A stretch of DNA of 64,000 bases from a plasmid, in the NCBI RefSeq assembly GCF_054482595.1, contig NZ_JBTHVH010000001.1. One strand, given 5' to 3'. The notes below the pieces were generated by a model. It was not told the DNA's origin. It saw nothing but the letters and a program-made list of their open reading frames with translations, and searched no databases. Positions 42,421-52,775 of the stretch are shown piece after piece. Every line of letters starts with the position of its first letter. The first letter of the stretch is position 1. The position numbers and the translations under genes were made by a program.

Positions 42421-42936
42421 ATGGCGTTAACACACCGCGAACTCTGTCAGATTGCGTACAAGTTCCTTAAGCGCAACGGGTTCAAGGTTTGTTTTCATGA
42501 CCGCTTTATAGCTGTAACCAGTACCGGAGAACAGCCAGATGCTATGGGATTCAGAAATTCAGCATCATGCCTGATAGAGGCGAAATGTTCTCGTGCTGAC
42601 TTGTTGGCAGATAGAAAAAAGCGTTTTCGTAAAAATCCGTCTCTTGGAATGGGCGACTGGCGATTCTTTATTAGTGAGCCGGGAATTATTTCAATTGAGG
42701 ATTTACCACCTGGCTGGGGATTACTTCACGTTGTTAACGGAAGAGTACGGAAAGTACATGGGTGGCCCAAGGGTAATTGCTGTTGGGGTAATCCTGACGA
42801 TAAGCCATTTACTGGAAATAAGCAGGTTGAATGCGATTACATGTTATCTGCATTAAGGCGCATGGAGTTAAGAGGGCACCTTAATGAAATATATGACGGT
42901 GTAATTGTTAATAAGAAAGAAGGAAACGCGGCATGA
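42421..42936 (+). CDS. putative PD-(D/E)xK-type nuclease-like protein
   Basis: ATG at 42421 with GGAG Shine-Dalgarno; EQPDAMGF...CLIEAKCSRADL spacing. Confidence 0.35.
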   Translation: MALTHRELCQIAYKFLKRNGFKVCFHDRFIAVTSTGEQPDAMGFRNSASCLIEAKCSRADLLADRKKRFRKNPSLGMGDWRFFISEPGIISIEDLPPGWGLLHVVNGRVRKVHGWPKGNCCWGNPDDKPFTGNKQVECDYMLSALRRMELRGHLNEIYDGVIVNKKEGNAA

Positions 42937-43841
42937 TCACTATTACCAAAGAGCGACTACTGACAATCAAGCAGTGGCGCGAAACATACGGACCTGGTAG
43001 CAACGTTGTACTGCCAGCAGAAGAAGCGGAAGAACTGGCACGAATTGCTCTGGCATCGCTGGAGCAGAATGTACTATCGGGCAACTCTCCGCTTATTCCT
43101 GGTGAAGTGTTGTCCGCAATCCGGGAGGTTGCCAGGATTCGTGCCGATTTCGATGATTTTGACGGTGACAGGCGAGGTATCGGTGATTGTCTGGATGAGG
43201 CCGAGCAAGAGCTTATCGTTACCATTAACAAATATGCCAGTCAGTTGGCAGCAGAACCGATAGCGACTAATGACGTTCGAGAGCAAACAGCCGTTCCGCC
43301 AATACAGGCTGATGTCGCGCAAGCAATTGAAAATCTCAAGCAGAAGTTAGTGGAATGCAATCGCTATAACTACTGCGCAGATGCAGTGAAGAACGTAGAG
43401 GATGCCTGCCGTGCTGTTAGCTATAGCCAAGCCGACAATCAGCCAGCATCTGGCAACCAGGCTGCCGAATCCAATCGCGGTAATGAGTGGACTGGCAATC
43501 CTGATATTGATAACGCCATCATCATGCTCGACCGCATAGATACGCTGGAAAATTGCGATGATGACCGTATTGAGGCTGTTAAGGCTGTTTTGCGTAGACT
43601 GGCTGGCAACTCTCCGGTAACTCCGGATGGTTGGATAAGCTGTAGTGAGCGAATGCCGGATACCAAAACAGCCGTTCTTGTTGCCAGGGAGTTTGACAGG
43701 AAAGGTGACTGGCGAATGAAATGGGCGACTTACATCCCGGGGCATCCTGACGCTAATGATGGGTGGGTAATACCTGGTGCGTCGTGGATTCCATCACACT
43801 GGATGCCGCTACCAGAACCGCCGCAGGAGGTGAATCAATGA
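42933..43841 (+). CDS. hypothetical protein with DUF551-like C-terminus
   Basis: WISCSERMP...VLVA...WMPLPEPP block. Confidence 0.4.
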   Translation: MITITKERLLTIKQWRETYGPGSNVVLPAEEAEELARIALASLEQNVLSGNSPLIPGEVLSAIREVARIRADFDDFDGDRRGIGDCLDEAEQELIVTINKYASQLAAEPIATNDVREQTAVPPIQADVAQAIENLKQKLVECNRYNYCADAVKNVEDACRAVSYSQADNQPASGNQAAESNRGNEWTGNPDIDNAIIMLDRIDTLENCDDDRIEAVKAVLRRLAGNSPVTPDGWISCSERMPDTKTAVLVAREFDRKGDWRMKWATYIPGHPDANDGWVIPGASWIPSHWMPLPEPPQEVNQ

Positions 43842-43905
43842 GCTGGCCTGAAGCATTCACCACGGTAGGAATTGTGATGGCGGCAGCACTGGGTTTGTAT
43901 TCAAT

Positions 43906-44157
43906 TTGTCGCTGGTGGTAACGATGGGAAAAATAACTTTTGTAGTCGAATTTGAGGATGGCAAAGAGCCACCTGTTAGCGCCAATCTTGATGTTGCTGG
44001 TGGCAGGCTTGTTTCGGTTCTATTTGGTGACTACCGAGATGACTTCTTCCAACCAGAAGAAGTTGATGTAGTGCGAGAGGCATTAAACGAGTTAAGTGTT
44101 GATAACGATGATGCTCATGCGGAAATCATCCAAAAAATGGAACTGCTAACTCACTAA
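43906..44157 (+). CDS. hypothetical small protein
   Basis: TTG start in track; ATG at 43924 possible. Confidence 0.3.
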   Translation: MSLVVTMGKITFVVEFEDGKEPPVSANLDVAGGRLVSVLFGDYRDDFFQPEEVDVVREALNELSVDNDDAHAEIIQKMELLTH

Positions 44158-44335
44158 ATTATCAATTATGGTGCTATCACCTACGACACCGAGAGAAAAT
44201 TTATAATGTCAAAAGTAAATGTTTTGATTTTTTCAGCAATTGTTGGCTTTGGTTTTACTGCCGGAGTGCAGATTTATATTACGTGGGAAAAAATCATCAA
44301 CTACGCATGGAGTTGTTTTATTAAGTGAGGTAAGT

Positions 44336-44629
44336 ATGTGGAGAGGTAATAGTCATGGCAAAAGCCAGATGATACTTACCGAATATCAGTTTGACCATAA
44401 AACCAATAAATCACGTTCAGTATATTTGCTTCGGCACAATAGCCGCGTAAGGAATACCGTGCTGGAGCAAAATCTGACTGTTGAAATAGATAGTTACGGG
44501 GGCTTCAAGCCAACAATTTCGCTTGATGATTTTCCTCGTGGTTTAAGCGAAAGAGAAGCAATGCTGAAATTAGCAGAATGGCTACAAAGATTAAGCATTG
44601 CTATTGAAGATAACTGGTCTGAACCTTAA
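44336..44629 (+). CDS. hypothetical protein
   Basis: ATG at 44336 preferred over track TTG start at 44240. Confidence 0.35.
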   Translation: MWRGNSHGKSQMILTEYQFDHKTNKSRSVYLLRHNSRVRNTVLEQNLTVEIDSYGGFKPTISLDDFPRGLSEREAMLKLAEWLQRLSIAIEDNWSEP

Positions 44630-44635
44630 ATTTAT

Positions 44636-45010
44636 ATGATGACACTAAAACATTTTCTTGACCGCCCATTATGGGCGGCAGCCGCAGGCTATGACTTTAA
44701 TTATATGGATTGCATGTCTTATACCGCCAATGCATACGACTATTCCTTCAGTCTGCTGCTTAATTCTTTAAGAATATTGCCGCAAACAGAAGTTGGAGAG
44801 CTTCATTTATGGCTATTGGGCTTTATCGCGGCTGTCGTTGGTATTGCTGTATGGCCTTTTATTTTCTGGCTGGTGGCTGTTGTAGTGTGGTTTAAGTGCA
44901 AGACATACCGGAAAAAGTATTTCTTAGGTGATGGAATGACTGATATTGCCAAAATGAACATTGAAGAATGGACTAAGGAATGTGAAAAGAAATGGCGCAA
45001 AAAGAAATGA
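44636..45010 (+). CDS. membrane protein (two TM helices)
   Basis: Hydrophobic segments. Confidence 0.4.
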   Translation: MMTLKHFLDRPLWAAAAGYDFNYMDCMSYTANAYDYSFSLLLNSLRILPQTEVGELHLWLLGFIAAVVGIAVWPFIFWLVAVVVWFKCKTYRKKYFLGDGMTDIAKMNIEEWTKECEKKWRKKK

Positions 45011-45849
45011 CCAGAATAACTGAAGAGCGCATATCAGAGATTATTTCCCGTATCGAAATGTATGGTCACGGTGCTGGATATACGGCAGATGAAGGATTGG
45101 AAATAGCCCAGCAGATGCTGGCCTTGAGACAAAAAGAGCAACATGAAAGTAATACGTGTAGATTGAATTTTGAGCATTGGCTGGAACAGCAACGCGGAAA
45201 AATCGATGTGGACTGTGGTTGTGTGTCCACTGAAACATTCATGCACTGGCTGTGGGTAGCTTACGAGGCTGGCAACTATCCGGATATTCCGGATAGTTCG
45301 GTGCCAGCGCCAGGAAAGGGCGTCACCGGTGAACGTATCCGCATTAAGCCGCATGTTTATCGCGAACTGGTTAACCGTCTCCACGATACAGCGATCAAGT
45401 GTGCTGGCACCCAGCAATTACGAGAAAGAATTAGCCGTGTTTTGGGCGACGTTATTACACCAGATCATCATAAACAAGCCGAGAAAAGTGACCTGGAAAG
45501 GTGTCACCTTGAGGCGGCATTAAACATTAAGCCGGGGCATACGCTTGGCATTATTGATGCACTATTGGTTCATAAGATGGCCAGGGCTTTATTGCCGCTG
45601 GTGGCTGAAAAAGAGAACGCGAGCCTCAAAAAAATGCTGTCGCGGGCGGAAAGGGAATTATCAGGCAAATTATTGCCAGAAGAACTGCCACCAGCAGATA
45701 TACCAGATCGAGTGTCCCAGTGGATGAAGTCTTTTGGTTTGCCGTGGGAGGCTTTTTGGTGCTACGACCATCGCAGATGGTGTGATGAACTTGATAGCAA
45801 TTTTCCCTACTTTGCGGAAGGGAACACCTGCCCTCAATGCAGGGGATAG
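44992..45849 (+). CDS. hypothetical protein (285 aa)
   Basis: ORF in the plus-strand early/accessory block. Confidence 0.4.
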   Translation: MAQKEMTRITEERISEIISRIEMYGHGAGYTADEGLEIAQQMLALRQKEQHESNTCRLNFEHWLEQQRGKIDVDCGCVSTETFMHWLWVAYEAGNYPDIPDSSVPAPGKGVTGERIRIKPHVYRELVNRLHDTAIKCAGTQQLRERISRVLGDVITPDHHKQAEKSDLERCHLEAALNIKPGHTLGIIDALLVHKMARALLPLVAEKENASLKKMLSRAERELSGKLLPEELPPADIPDRVSQWMKSFGLPWEAFWCYDHRRWCDELDSNFPYFAEGNTCPQCRG

Positions 45850-46216
45850 CATTTGACGAAATCGATCACCCTATCCTGAACTTCAGAAAGAAGGTCTTTT
45901 TCACGCGCCAGGACGTCAGGATATTGACGTTCTGGCCTTACCAGATGCCGGAGCTTCCCATTAAGCAGAATGGCCTCAGAAAACACTTTTACGCTGTGCT
46001 TTATCCCCTCTGTTTCACTTTTCAGCGTCAAAATAAAGCGCAATTGCTTATTAGCCTGATTCGGATTCAATACACGAATTTGCAGTTCGTCTATGCTGTT
46101 TCGCAATGGGATTGATGCCACCACACTGGTGCAGTCTCTGATTGTCTGAATTGAACGGCTAACATTGAGAACGTTATTGTGCATGTGCCTGATCCACTAA
46201 CTCCTGGAGGTTTCTT

Positions 46217-46468
46217 GTGTCAGATCGAAATATAGCAGCTAAAAGCCAGGAAGAGCGAGACAAGGTGAACGTAGACCTTGCCGCCAGCGGCGTTGCTTAC
46301 AAAGAACGGCTGAATATACCTGTGATTGCAGAGCAGGTGGCCCGTGAGCAACCGGAAAACCTGCGCGCCTATTTCATGGAACGGCTACGGCACTACCGGC
46401 AGTTAAGCCTCCAGTTGCCAAAAGGGAGCGATCCGGTGTATCAGAACGAGGATGCACCAAAAAAATAA
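46217..46468 (+). CDS. hot: DNA polymerase III theta subunit homologue
   Basis: 83 aa; [33 protein letters not shown] resembles HolE. Confidence 0.7.
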   Translation: MSDRNIAAKSQEERDKVNVDLAASGVAYKERLNIPVIAEQVAREQPENLRAYFMERLRHYRQLSLQLPKGSDPVYQNEDAPKK

Positions 46469-46553
46469 CGGCAAGATGGGGGAGAAATGTGATTAGCCCC
46501 CAGCGTGGCGCGCCTACAAACCCCGCTTTCACAAACTATGCCTTTTCAATGTA

Positions 46554-46573
46554 TACTGTATGAATAAACAGTA
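46554..46573 (+). promoter_or_regulatory. LexA box (SOS operator) upstream of humD
   Basis: TACTGTATGAATAAACAGTA fits CTGT-N8-ACAG. Confidence 0.75.
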
Positions 46574-46591
46574 TCATTGAGGTAAAACGCT

Positions 46592-46981
46592 ATGGGCTTC
46601 CCTTCTCCTGCGGCGGATTATGTTGAAAGCCGAATTTCTCTTGATCAGCAGATAATTAGACATCCTTCAGCGACCTACTTCATGCGGGCAGCTGATAGCC
46701 ATCACCGTGAGGGAATATTGCAGGGTGCTTTGCTGGTGGTTGATTCCTCGCTTACTCCGGTTGATGGTTCTCTGCTTGTGTGCGCTATGGAGGGTGAATA
46801 TCGCATAAAGAGATACAGGAAGTATCCGCGCCAGCACCTGGAGGACTTAAGCACCGGGAAGAAAGAGGCGTTACCAGTAGATGACGATGGATACACGGGC
46901 AGTAATGCTGTTTTTGGTGTGATCACTCATGTCATCAATGATGCCCGAAGTGGGGAATTTGATGATTGTCCGGTTATTTAA
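46592..46981 (+). CDS. humD: UmuD-like protein
   Basis: 129 aa; UmuD'-like core; preceded by LexA box. Confidence 0.75.
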   Translation: MGFPSPAADYVESRISLDQQIIRHPSATYFMRAADSHHREGILQGALLVVDSSLTPVDGSLLVCAMEGEYRIKRYRKYPRQHLEDLSTGKKEALPVDDDGYTGSNAVFGVITHVINDARSGEFDDCPVI

Positions 46982-47047
46982 GCTGCAAAGTGCTGGTGCT
47001 TTATGCCTGTGAAGTTTATAATTGTGTACACATAACGAGTACACGAG

Positions 47048-47275
47048 GTGTTTATGCAATCCATTAACTTCCGTACCGCGCGTGGCAACCTTTCTGAAGT
47101 GCTCAACAATGTTGAAGCCGGGGAAGAGGTTGAAATCACCCGCAGAGGCCGTGAGCCAGCAGTAATTGTCAGCAAGGCTACTTTCGAAGCCTACAAAAAA
47201 GCGGCGCTGGATGCTGAATTTGCATCCCTGTTTGACACCCTGGACTCCACCAACAAGGAACTGGTTAACCGATAA
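47048..47275 (+). CDS. phd: Phd antitoxin
   Basis: 73 aa [39 protein letters not shown]... matches P1 Phd. Confidence 0.9.
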   Translation: MFMQSINFRTARGNLSEVLNNVEAGEEVEITRRGREPAVIVSKATFEAYKKAALDAEFASLFDTLDSTNKELVNR

Positions 47276-47655
47276 TGAGGCATATATCACCGGAAGAACT
47301 TATTGCGCTTCATGATGCGAATATAAACCGCTACGGCGGCCTGCCGGGAATGTCAGATCCGGGTAGGGCAGAGGCCATTATCGGGAGAGTTCAGGCCAGA
47401 GTTGCCTACGAAGAGATCACCGACCTTTTCGAAGTCTCCGCCACCTACCTGGTGGCTACAGCGAGAGGGCATATATTCAATGATGCCAATAAGCGTACCG
47501 CGCTAAACAGCGCGCTGCTATTTCTACGCCGTAACGGGGTGCAGGTATTTGATTCACCTGAACTGGCAGACCTTACTGTAGGCGCTGCGACTGGCGAGAT
47601 ATCTGTATCTTCTGTCGCCGACACGTTACGTAGATTGTATGGTTCTGCGGAGTAG
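47275..47655 (+). CDS. doc: Doc toxin (Fic-fold kinase)
   Basis: 126 aa, start overlaps the phd stop; [11 protein letters not shown]ic-like motif. Confidence 0.9.
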   Translation: MRHISPEELIALHDANINRYGGLPGMSDPGRAEAIIGRVQARVAYEEITDLFEVSATYLVATARGHIFNDANKRTALNSALLFLRRNGVQVFDSPELADLTVGAATGEISVSSVADTLRRLYGSAE

Positions 47656-47659
47656 ATTA

Positions 47660-47839
47660 ATGGCACGCAAATACAACAAATTGTCCCGTGAAGCGTTAAA
47701 GATGCTTCTTGATGGCGTGAGTCGCCGCAAGGTAAAGCAATACCTGGTTGGTAAGCAAATTGGAGTCAGGACCGCTATTGCTGTGTTATGCCGTCAGGAA
47801 ATGGTTGTGCTTAAACAGAGAATGCCGGGCAGCAGATAA
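47660..47839 (+). CDS. small protein downstream of doc
   Basis: ATG at 47660 preferred. Confidence 0.35.
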   Translation: MARKYNKLSREALKMLLDGVSRRKVKQYLVGKQIGVRTAIAVLCRQEMVVLKQRMPGSR

Positions 47840-47866
47840 AGCCCAATCAGTGATTAAAGGTGTGAT

Positions 47867-48910
47867 GTGAAAGCCGTAATTACTCCCTTTGTACAGAAAG
47901 AGCTTGGCCTCGCCACGTTCAAAGTGGATCAGGAGGTCAGAAAGCTGGTGGAGGCTGGCCGTAAATTTATTATGGAGCCGGTGCCGCGTGAGTTAATCGA
48001 GCACATGGAAGACGGCCTCGTTGTTACCGAGCAAACCATGGCAACAAATGAGGCGTTGCAGCCGTTTTTTAACAGCGATGAACTGTTTCGCCGTATTGGT
48101 GGAATTGACGCGCTGGTGGCGTGGTTGCGTAGGAAAGAGAGTCAATGCCAGGCCGCAGATCGTAGTTGGTGTGACAACCATATTGTCCACGCTGAACGAG
48201 ACAATAGCGCGGTGTTGTTGTGCTGGCATCACGATAACCATTACCGGATGCGTGGTTTTAATGAGCTGAAAGAAACGCTGCACAATAATCGCGTTAACTG
48301 GATACTGGATGTCGCCCGTCAGGAAATGGGCCTTTCAAATAGCCATGATTTAAGTATTCAGGAGTTGTGCTGGTGGGCTTTCATGCGCAACATGATGCAC
48401 CTGATGCCGGAAGAAGTCTGCCGCATATCAATAAATAAGATGAAGGCTACTCCGCAGGATAGCGGACCTCTGAAAGAGGCGGATATTCGCCCGTATGACG
48501 ATCGCGCTACAGCATATGTTCAGATGATGGAAGAACGCGCCGCGCCGATGCGTGCAAAAGTATGCCCTGTGGATGTTGACTCCGACCCTGGCATGGCGCA
48601 TTTCAAAATACCAAAACTGCAATCGCTAAAATTACCTGAGTACATGGACTTTGTTGCTTCCCGTCCATGCTGTGGGTGTGGAGCGGCGGGAGCTGGCGCT
48701 CACATTACGCCTTATATCGTTCGTCATAGTCGATTATGCGCGCATGACATTTACGCAATTCCTCTGTGCCAGTCATGCCAGCGTGATATTGAGCGTGACC
48801 GCGATAATTGGGAGAAGACGCACGGTAGGCTGGCGATGCATCAACGATTGTTCTTTGATTACGCGCTTGGAGTCGGCGCTATCACAAGTTACTCGTCGAG
48901 TGTTAGATAA
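47867..48910 (+). CDS. hypothetical Cys-rich protein (347 aa)
   Basis: [12 protein letters not shown] and C-x2-C clusters. Confidence 0.45.
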   Translation: MKAVITPFVQKELGLATFKVDQEVRKLVEAGRKFIMEPVPRELIEHMEDGLVVTEQTMATNEALQPFFNSDELFRRIGGIDALVAWLRRKESQCQAADRSWCDNHIVHAERDNSAVLLCWHHDNHYRMRGFNELKETLHNNRVNWILDVARQEMGLSNSHDLSIQELCWWAFMRNMMHLMPEEVCRISINKMKATPQDSGPLKEADIRPYDDRATAYVQMMEERAAPMRAKVCPVDVDSDPGMAHFKIPKLQSLKLPEYMDFVASRPCCGCGAAGAGAHITPYIVRHSRLCAHDIYAIPLCQSCQRDIERDRDNWEKTHGRLAMHQRLFFDYALGVGAITSYSSSVR

Positions 48911-48998
48911 AATTACTCTAATATATTGCTATTTCTTTAATCGATGGTATTATATTCCACGTTGATTAGTTGACATGAGCTAATCAGTAGGTGACAGG

Positions 48999-49451
48999 AT
49001 GTTACTTAACTGGCAGGGACGCCACTTCATGGAAATAAATCACTCACGAATAACATCGTACGAGATTGCGGATTACATGATCCGCACTAAATCTCTTCTA
49101 TCAGCGAAAGAACTCGCAGCAATTCTTGAAAAGGAATACCCGCATCTGGATGTCGATAAGCGCGATGTTTATCTGCGCTTAAAGGCTATCGCTGTGTCTA
49201 AGTATTCGTCTGTTTTGATTGATGACAGTACACGCCCACGTAGATTTCAGATCCACTCTCTGAATCCTGAATTCTTTCGCCGTAGCCGCGCTCCGCGCCG
49301 GTTTGATGAAAAACTCCAGAACGAACTCTATATGACGCAGGACGAAAAGGAACGCCGGGAGCACCAGCCTTGGGTAATGGCGCGTCAACTTTTCAATAAG
49401 GTGGCCCGTCAGCACCGTCATTACGGTAATGCCACATCCGCACGTATCTGA
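48999..49451 (+). CDS. lpa: late promoter activator Lpa-like protein
   Basis: About 150 aa immediately upstream of pacA as in P1. Confidence 0.55.
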   Translation: MLLNWQGRHFMEINHSRITSYEIADYMIRTKSLLSAKELAAILEKEYPHLDVDKRDVYLRLKAIAVSKYSSVLIDDSTRPRRFQIHSLNPEFFRRSRAPRRFDEKLQNELYMTQDEKERREHQPWVMARQLFNKVARQHRHYGNATSARI

Positions 49452-49536
49452 TTGATTGCTTGCCCGTTCCGGGCCTTTTGACATGTGACTTTCGTTACCC
49501 TCGCGTCAAAAAGAGTTTTTACGAAAGGAAGCATAA

Positions 49537-50730
49537 GTGACCTGGGACGATCACAAGAAGAATTTTGCTCGCCTGGCGCGAGATGGTGGTTACACCATCG
49601 CACAGTATGCCGCCGAGTTTAATCTTAACCCTAATACTGCACGTCGTTATCTCCGTGCCTTCAAAGAAGACACCAGGACAGCGGACAGCCGCAAGCCAAA
49701 TAAGCCAGTCAGGAAGCCACTAAAAAGCATGATCATTGATCACTCTAATGATCAACATGCAGGTGATCACATTGCGGCTGAAATAGCGGAAAAACAAAGG
49801 GTTAATGCCGTTGTCAGTGCCGCAGTCGAGAATGCGAAGCGCCAAAATAAGCGCATAAATGATCGTTCTGATGATCATGACGTGATCACCCGCGCCCACC
49901 GGACCTTACGTGATCGCCTGGAACGCGACACCCTGGATGATGATGGTGAACGCTTTGAATTCGAAGCTGGCGATTACCTGATAGATAACGTTGAAGCGCG
50001 GAAGGCCGCTCGCGCTATGTTGCGTCGGTCCGGGGCCGATGTTCTGGAAACCACTCTTCTGGAAAAGTCTCTTTCTCATCTCCTTATGCTGGAGAACGCC
50101 AGGGATACGTGTATTCGTCTGGTGCAGGAAATGCGCGATCAGCAAAAAGACGATGATGAAGGGACTCCGCCTGAATATCGTATCGCGAGCATGCTAAACA
50201 GCTGTTCCGCGCAGATAAGCAGCCTGATCAACACCATTTACAGCATCCGGAATAACTATCGAAAAGAAAGCCGGGAGGCGGAAAAGCACGCTTTATCTAT
50301 GGGGCAAGCTGGCATTGTTAAGCTGGCATACGAACGAAAGCGTGAAAATAACTGGTCAGTGCTGGAAGCAGCTGAATTCATCGAGGCGCATGGCGGAAAA
50401 GTGCCGCCCCTGATGCTGGAGCAAATCAAAGCCGATCTGCGTGCTCCTAAGACCAATACCGATGATGAGGAAAGGCAAACAGCCGTCGGTGGCCCTTCTC
50501 TTGAAGATCTGGACAAAGTTGCGCGAGAACGGGCCGCCAACCGCCGCGCCGATGCCGCATTGTGGATTGAGCAGCGTAGGGAAGAAATCGCCGATATCGT
50601 TGATACAGGCGGTTATGGAGATGTTGATACTGAAGGTGCATCAAACGACCCATGGCTGGAACAAGACCTGGACGAAGACGAGGAGGAAGACGAAGAAGTT
50701 ACCCGCAAGCTATACGGGGATGATGATTAA
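49537..50730 (+). CDS. pacA: terminase small subunit PacA (pac site embedded)
   Basis: 397 aa, GTG start; contains the hexamer cluster; acidic C-terminus. Confidence 0.8.
   Translation: MTWDDHKKNFARLARDGGYTIAQYAAEFNLNPNTARRYLRAFKEDTRTADSRKPNKPVRKPLKSMIIDHSNDQHAGDHIAAEIAEKQRVNAVVSAAVENAKRQNKRINDRSDDHDVITRAHRTLRDRLERDTLDDDGERFEFEAGDYLIDNVEARKAARAMLRRSGADVLETTLLEKSLSHLLMLENARDTCIRLVQEMRDQQKDDDEGTPPEYRIASMLNSCSAQISSLINTIYSIRNNYRKESREAEKHALSMGQAGIVKLAYERKRENNWSVLEAAEFIEAHGGKVPPLMLEQIKADLRAPKTNTDDEERQTAVGGPSLEDLDKVARERAANRRADAALWIEQRREEIADIVDTGGYGDVDTEGASNDPWLEQDLDEDEEEDEEVTRKLYGDDD
49725..49900 (+). other. pac: pac packaging site: two clusters of TGATCA/G hexamers carrying Dam GATC sites
   Basis: ATGATCATTGATCACTCTAATGATCAACATGCAGGTGATCAC and TGATCGTTCTGATGATCATGACGTGATCACC. 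Confidence 0.8.
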
Positions 50731-52214
50731 TGGCCAGAAGTTGCGTAACGGATCCACGTTGGCGCGAGCTGGTGGCGCTATATCGTTATGACTGGATTGC
50801 TGCCGCTGATGTTTTGTTCGGCAAAACACCTACCTGGCAGCAGGATCTGATTATTGAGTCTGTGCAGGAACAGGGTAGCAAGACATCTGTTTCGTCTGGT
50901 CACGGTACCGGGAAATCAGACATGACTTCTATCATGATCATGTTGTTCATAATCATGTATCCCGGTGCCCGCGCCATTATCGTTGCGAACAAAATTCAGC
51001 AGGTAATGACCGGTATATTCAAGTACATCAAGATAAACTGGGCTACTGCCACCAGCCGTTTTCCATGGCTTGCTGATTATTTTGTTCTGACAGAAACCGC
51101 TTTCTATGAGGTTACTGGTAAAGGTGTATGGACTGTAGTACCGAAGGGCTTTCGTCTGGGAAGTGAAGAAGCTCTCGCCGGTGAACACGCAGATCATCTT
51201 CTGTATATTATCGATGAAGCCTCCGGTGTCAGTGATAGAGCTTTCGGTATCATCACCGGTGCTCTTACCGGACAGGATAACCGCATCTTATTACTGTCAC
51301 AGCCTACACGCCCAAGCGGCTATTTCTACGATACTCATCATAAACTGGCCAAGCGTCCTGGTAACCCTGATGGCGTTTATACGGCGATCACGCTTAACAG
51401 TGAGGAATCACCGCTGGTAACGCCAGCATTTATCAAAATGAAGCTGGCGGAGTACGGCGGGCGCGATAACCCTATGTACATGATTAAGGTACGCGGCCTA
51501 TTCCCTAAATCACAGGATGGCTTCCTTCTTGGACGTGATGAGGTTGAACGTGCAACGCGGCGGAAAGTCAAGATTGCCAAAGGATGGGGCTGGCTTGCAT
51601 GTGTGGACGTTGCTGGTGGTACGGGAAGGGATAAGTCCGTTATCAATATCATGATGGTGTCCGGCCAGAGAAATAAACGCCGTGTAATCAACTATCGAAT
51701 GCTGGAATACACAGACGTTACAGAAACGCAGCTTGCCGCCAAAATTTTCGCAGAATGTAATCCTGAGCGATTCCCAAATATCACCATAGCGATAGACGGC
51801 GATGGGCTGGGTAAAGCAACAGCGGATCTGATGTACGAGTATTATGGTATTACCGTACAGCGTATACGCTGGGGTAAAAAGATGCATAGCCGTGAAGATA
51901 AGAGCCTGTACTTTGATAAACGTGCTTATGCCAACGTTCAAGCCGCAGAGGCCGTAAAATCTGGTCGTATGAGACTGGATAAGGGTAATGAAACTATTGA
52001 GGAAGCGTCGAAAATCCCTGTAGGGATTAACTCCGCAGGTCAATGGAAGGTGATGAGTAAGGAGGATATGAAGAAAAAACTCAACCTGCACTCACCAGAC
52101 CATTGGGATACATATTGTTTCGCTATGCTGGCGGATTATGTTCCCCAGGACGAAGTGCTTAGCGTCGAAGACGAAGCGCAGGTTGATGAAGCTCTGGCAT
52201 GGCTTAATGAATGA
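50730..52214 (+). CDS. pacB: terminase large subunit PacB
   Basis: 494 aa; Walker [16 protein letters not shown] Walker B-like. Confidence 0.8.
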   Translation: MARSCVTDPRWRELVALYRYDWIAAADVLFGKTPTWQQDLIIESVQEQGSKTSVSSGHGTGKSDMTSIMIMLFIIMYPGARAIIVANKIQQVMTGIFKYIKINWATATSRFPWLADYFVLTETAFYEVTGKGVWTVVPKGFRLGSEEALAGEHADHLLYIIDEASGVSDRAFGIITGALTGQDNRILLLSQPTRPSGYFYDTHHKLAKRPGNPDGVYTAITLNSEESPLVTPAFIKMKLAEYGGRDNPMYMIKVRGLFPKSQDGFLLGRDEVERATRRKVKIAKGWGWLACVDVAGGTGRDKSVINIMMVSGQRNKRRVINYRMLEYTDVTETQLAAKIFAECNPERFPNITIAIDGDGLGKATADLMYEYYGITVQRIRWGKKMHSREDKSLYFDKRAYANVQAAEAVKSGRMRLDKGNETIEEASKIPVGINSAGQWKVMSKEDMKKKLNLHSPDHWDTYCFAMLADYVPQDEVLSVEDEAQVDEALAWLNE

Positions 52215-52216
52215 AC

Positions 52217-52234
52217 ATTTGCTCTAATAAATTG
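52217..52234 (+). promoter_or_regulatory. C1 operator-like site upstream of immI-like module B
   Basis: ATTTGCTCTAATAAATTG. Confidence 0.6.
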
Positions 52235-52424
52235 TGTTTTTTAACTACCGATGTTACATTGAACCTGACCTCTTGCGCCTTGAGGCATTTTCGGTTTATG
52301 CTTATCAGGCACCTCAGTAAAACGGGTGCCGGGATTGGCCTCCCGCTTAAGTCTAAGGCGATACAGACGCCGCTCGCGTCTTTTTTTTGTATCGGCGTAC
52401 ACGCACACCTCTACAATGGTGGGC

Positions 52425-52497
52425 TGTATGGGGCTACCTTCGGGTAGGCTGGTTACCTTGGACGCCAGTAAGGCCAACTCCGTACAGTCCACCGCCA
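52425..52497 (+). ncRNA. c4-like antisense RNA of module B (approximate)
   Basis: Alignable with module A c4 region; specificity element ACCTTGGAC (52455-52463) complementary, with one G-U, to GTCTAAGG at 52351-52358 and 52535-52542. Confidence 0.4.
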
Positions 52498-52553
52498 GCA
52501 AGATTGGTCTCTTCTGCGGTGGTTACATACCAACGTCTAAGGAGGCTGCCAAT

Positions 52554-52775
52554 ATGGCTACTATCCCTACCCCAACTCATCCTGAATTTATCTGGCGCTT
52601 TTACTCCTGCCAAAAACGTCACTATCACTTCGTTATTGCACCGACAGAAGATGAGGCACGTTCTCAGCTTCCTGACGCCCCATGTATTTTCTCTGCCCGT
52701 TTTTCCACTGATTCACGCAATTCTCTCAGTTACTGGTGCCTCCCTGTTAACGCTTCTGCTCAGGAGGGACTATGA
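52554..52775 (+). CDS. Icd-like protein, module B
   Basis: 73 aa; paralogue of icd; stop overlaps ant-B start. Confidence 0.6.
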   Translation: MATIPTPTHPEFIWRFYSCQKRHYHFVIAPTEDEARSQLPDAPCIFSARFSTDSRNSLSYWCLPVNASAQEGL

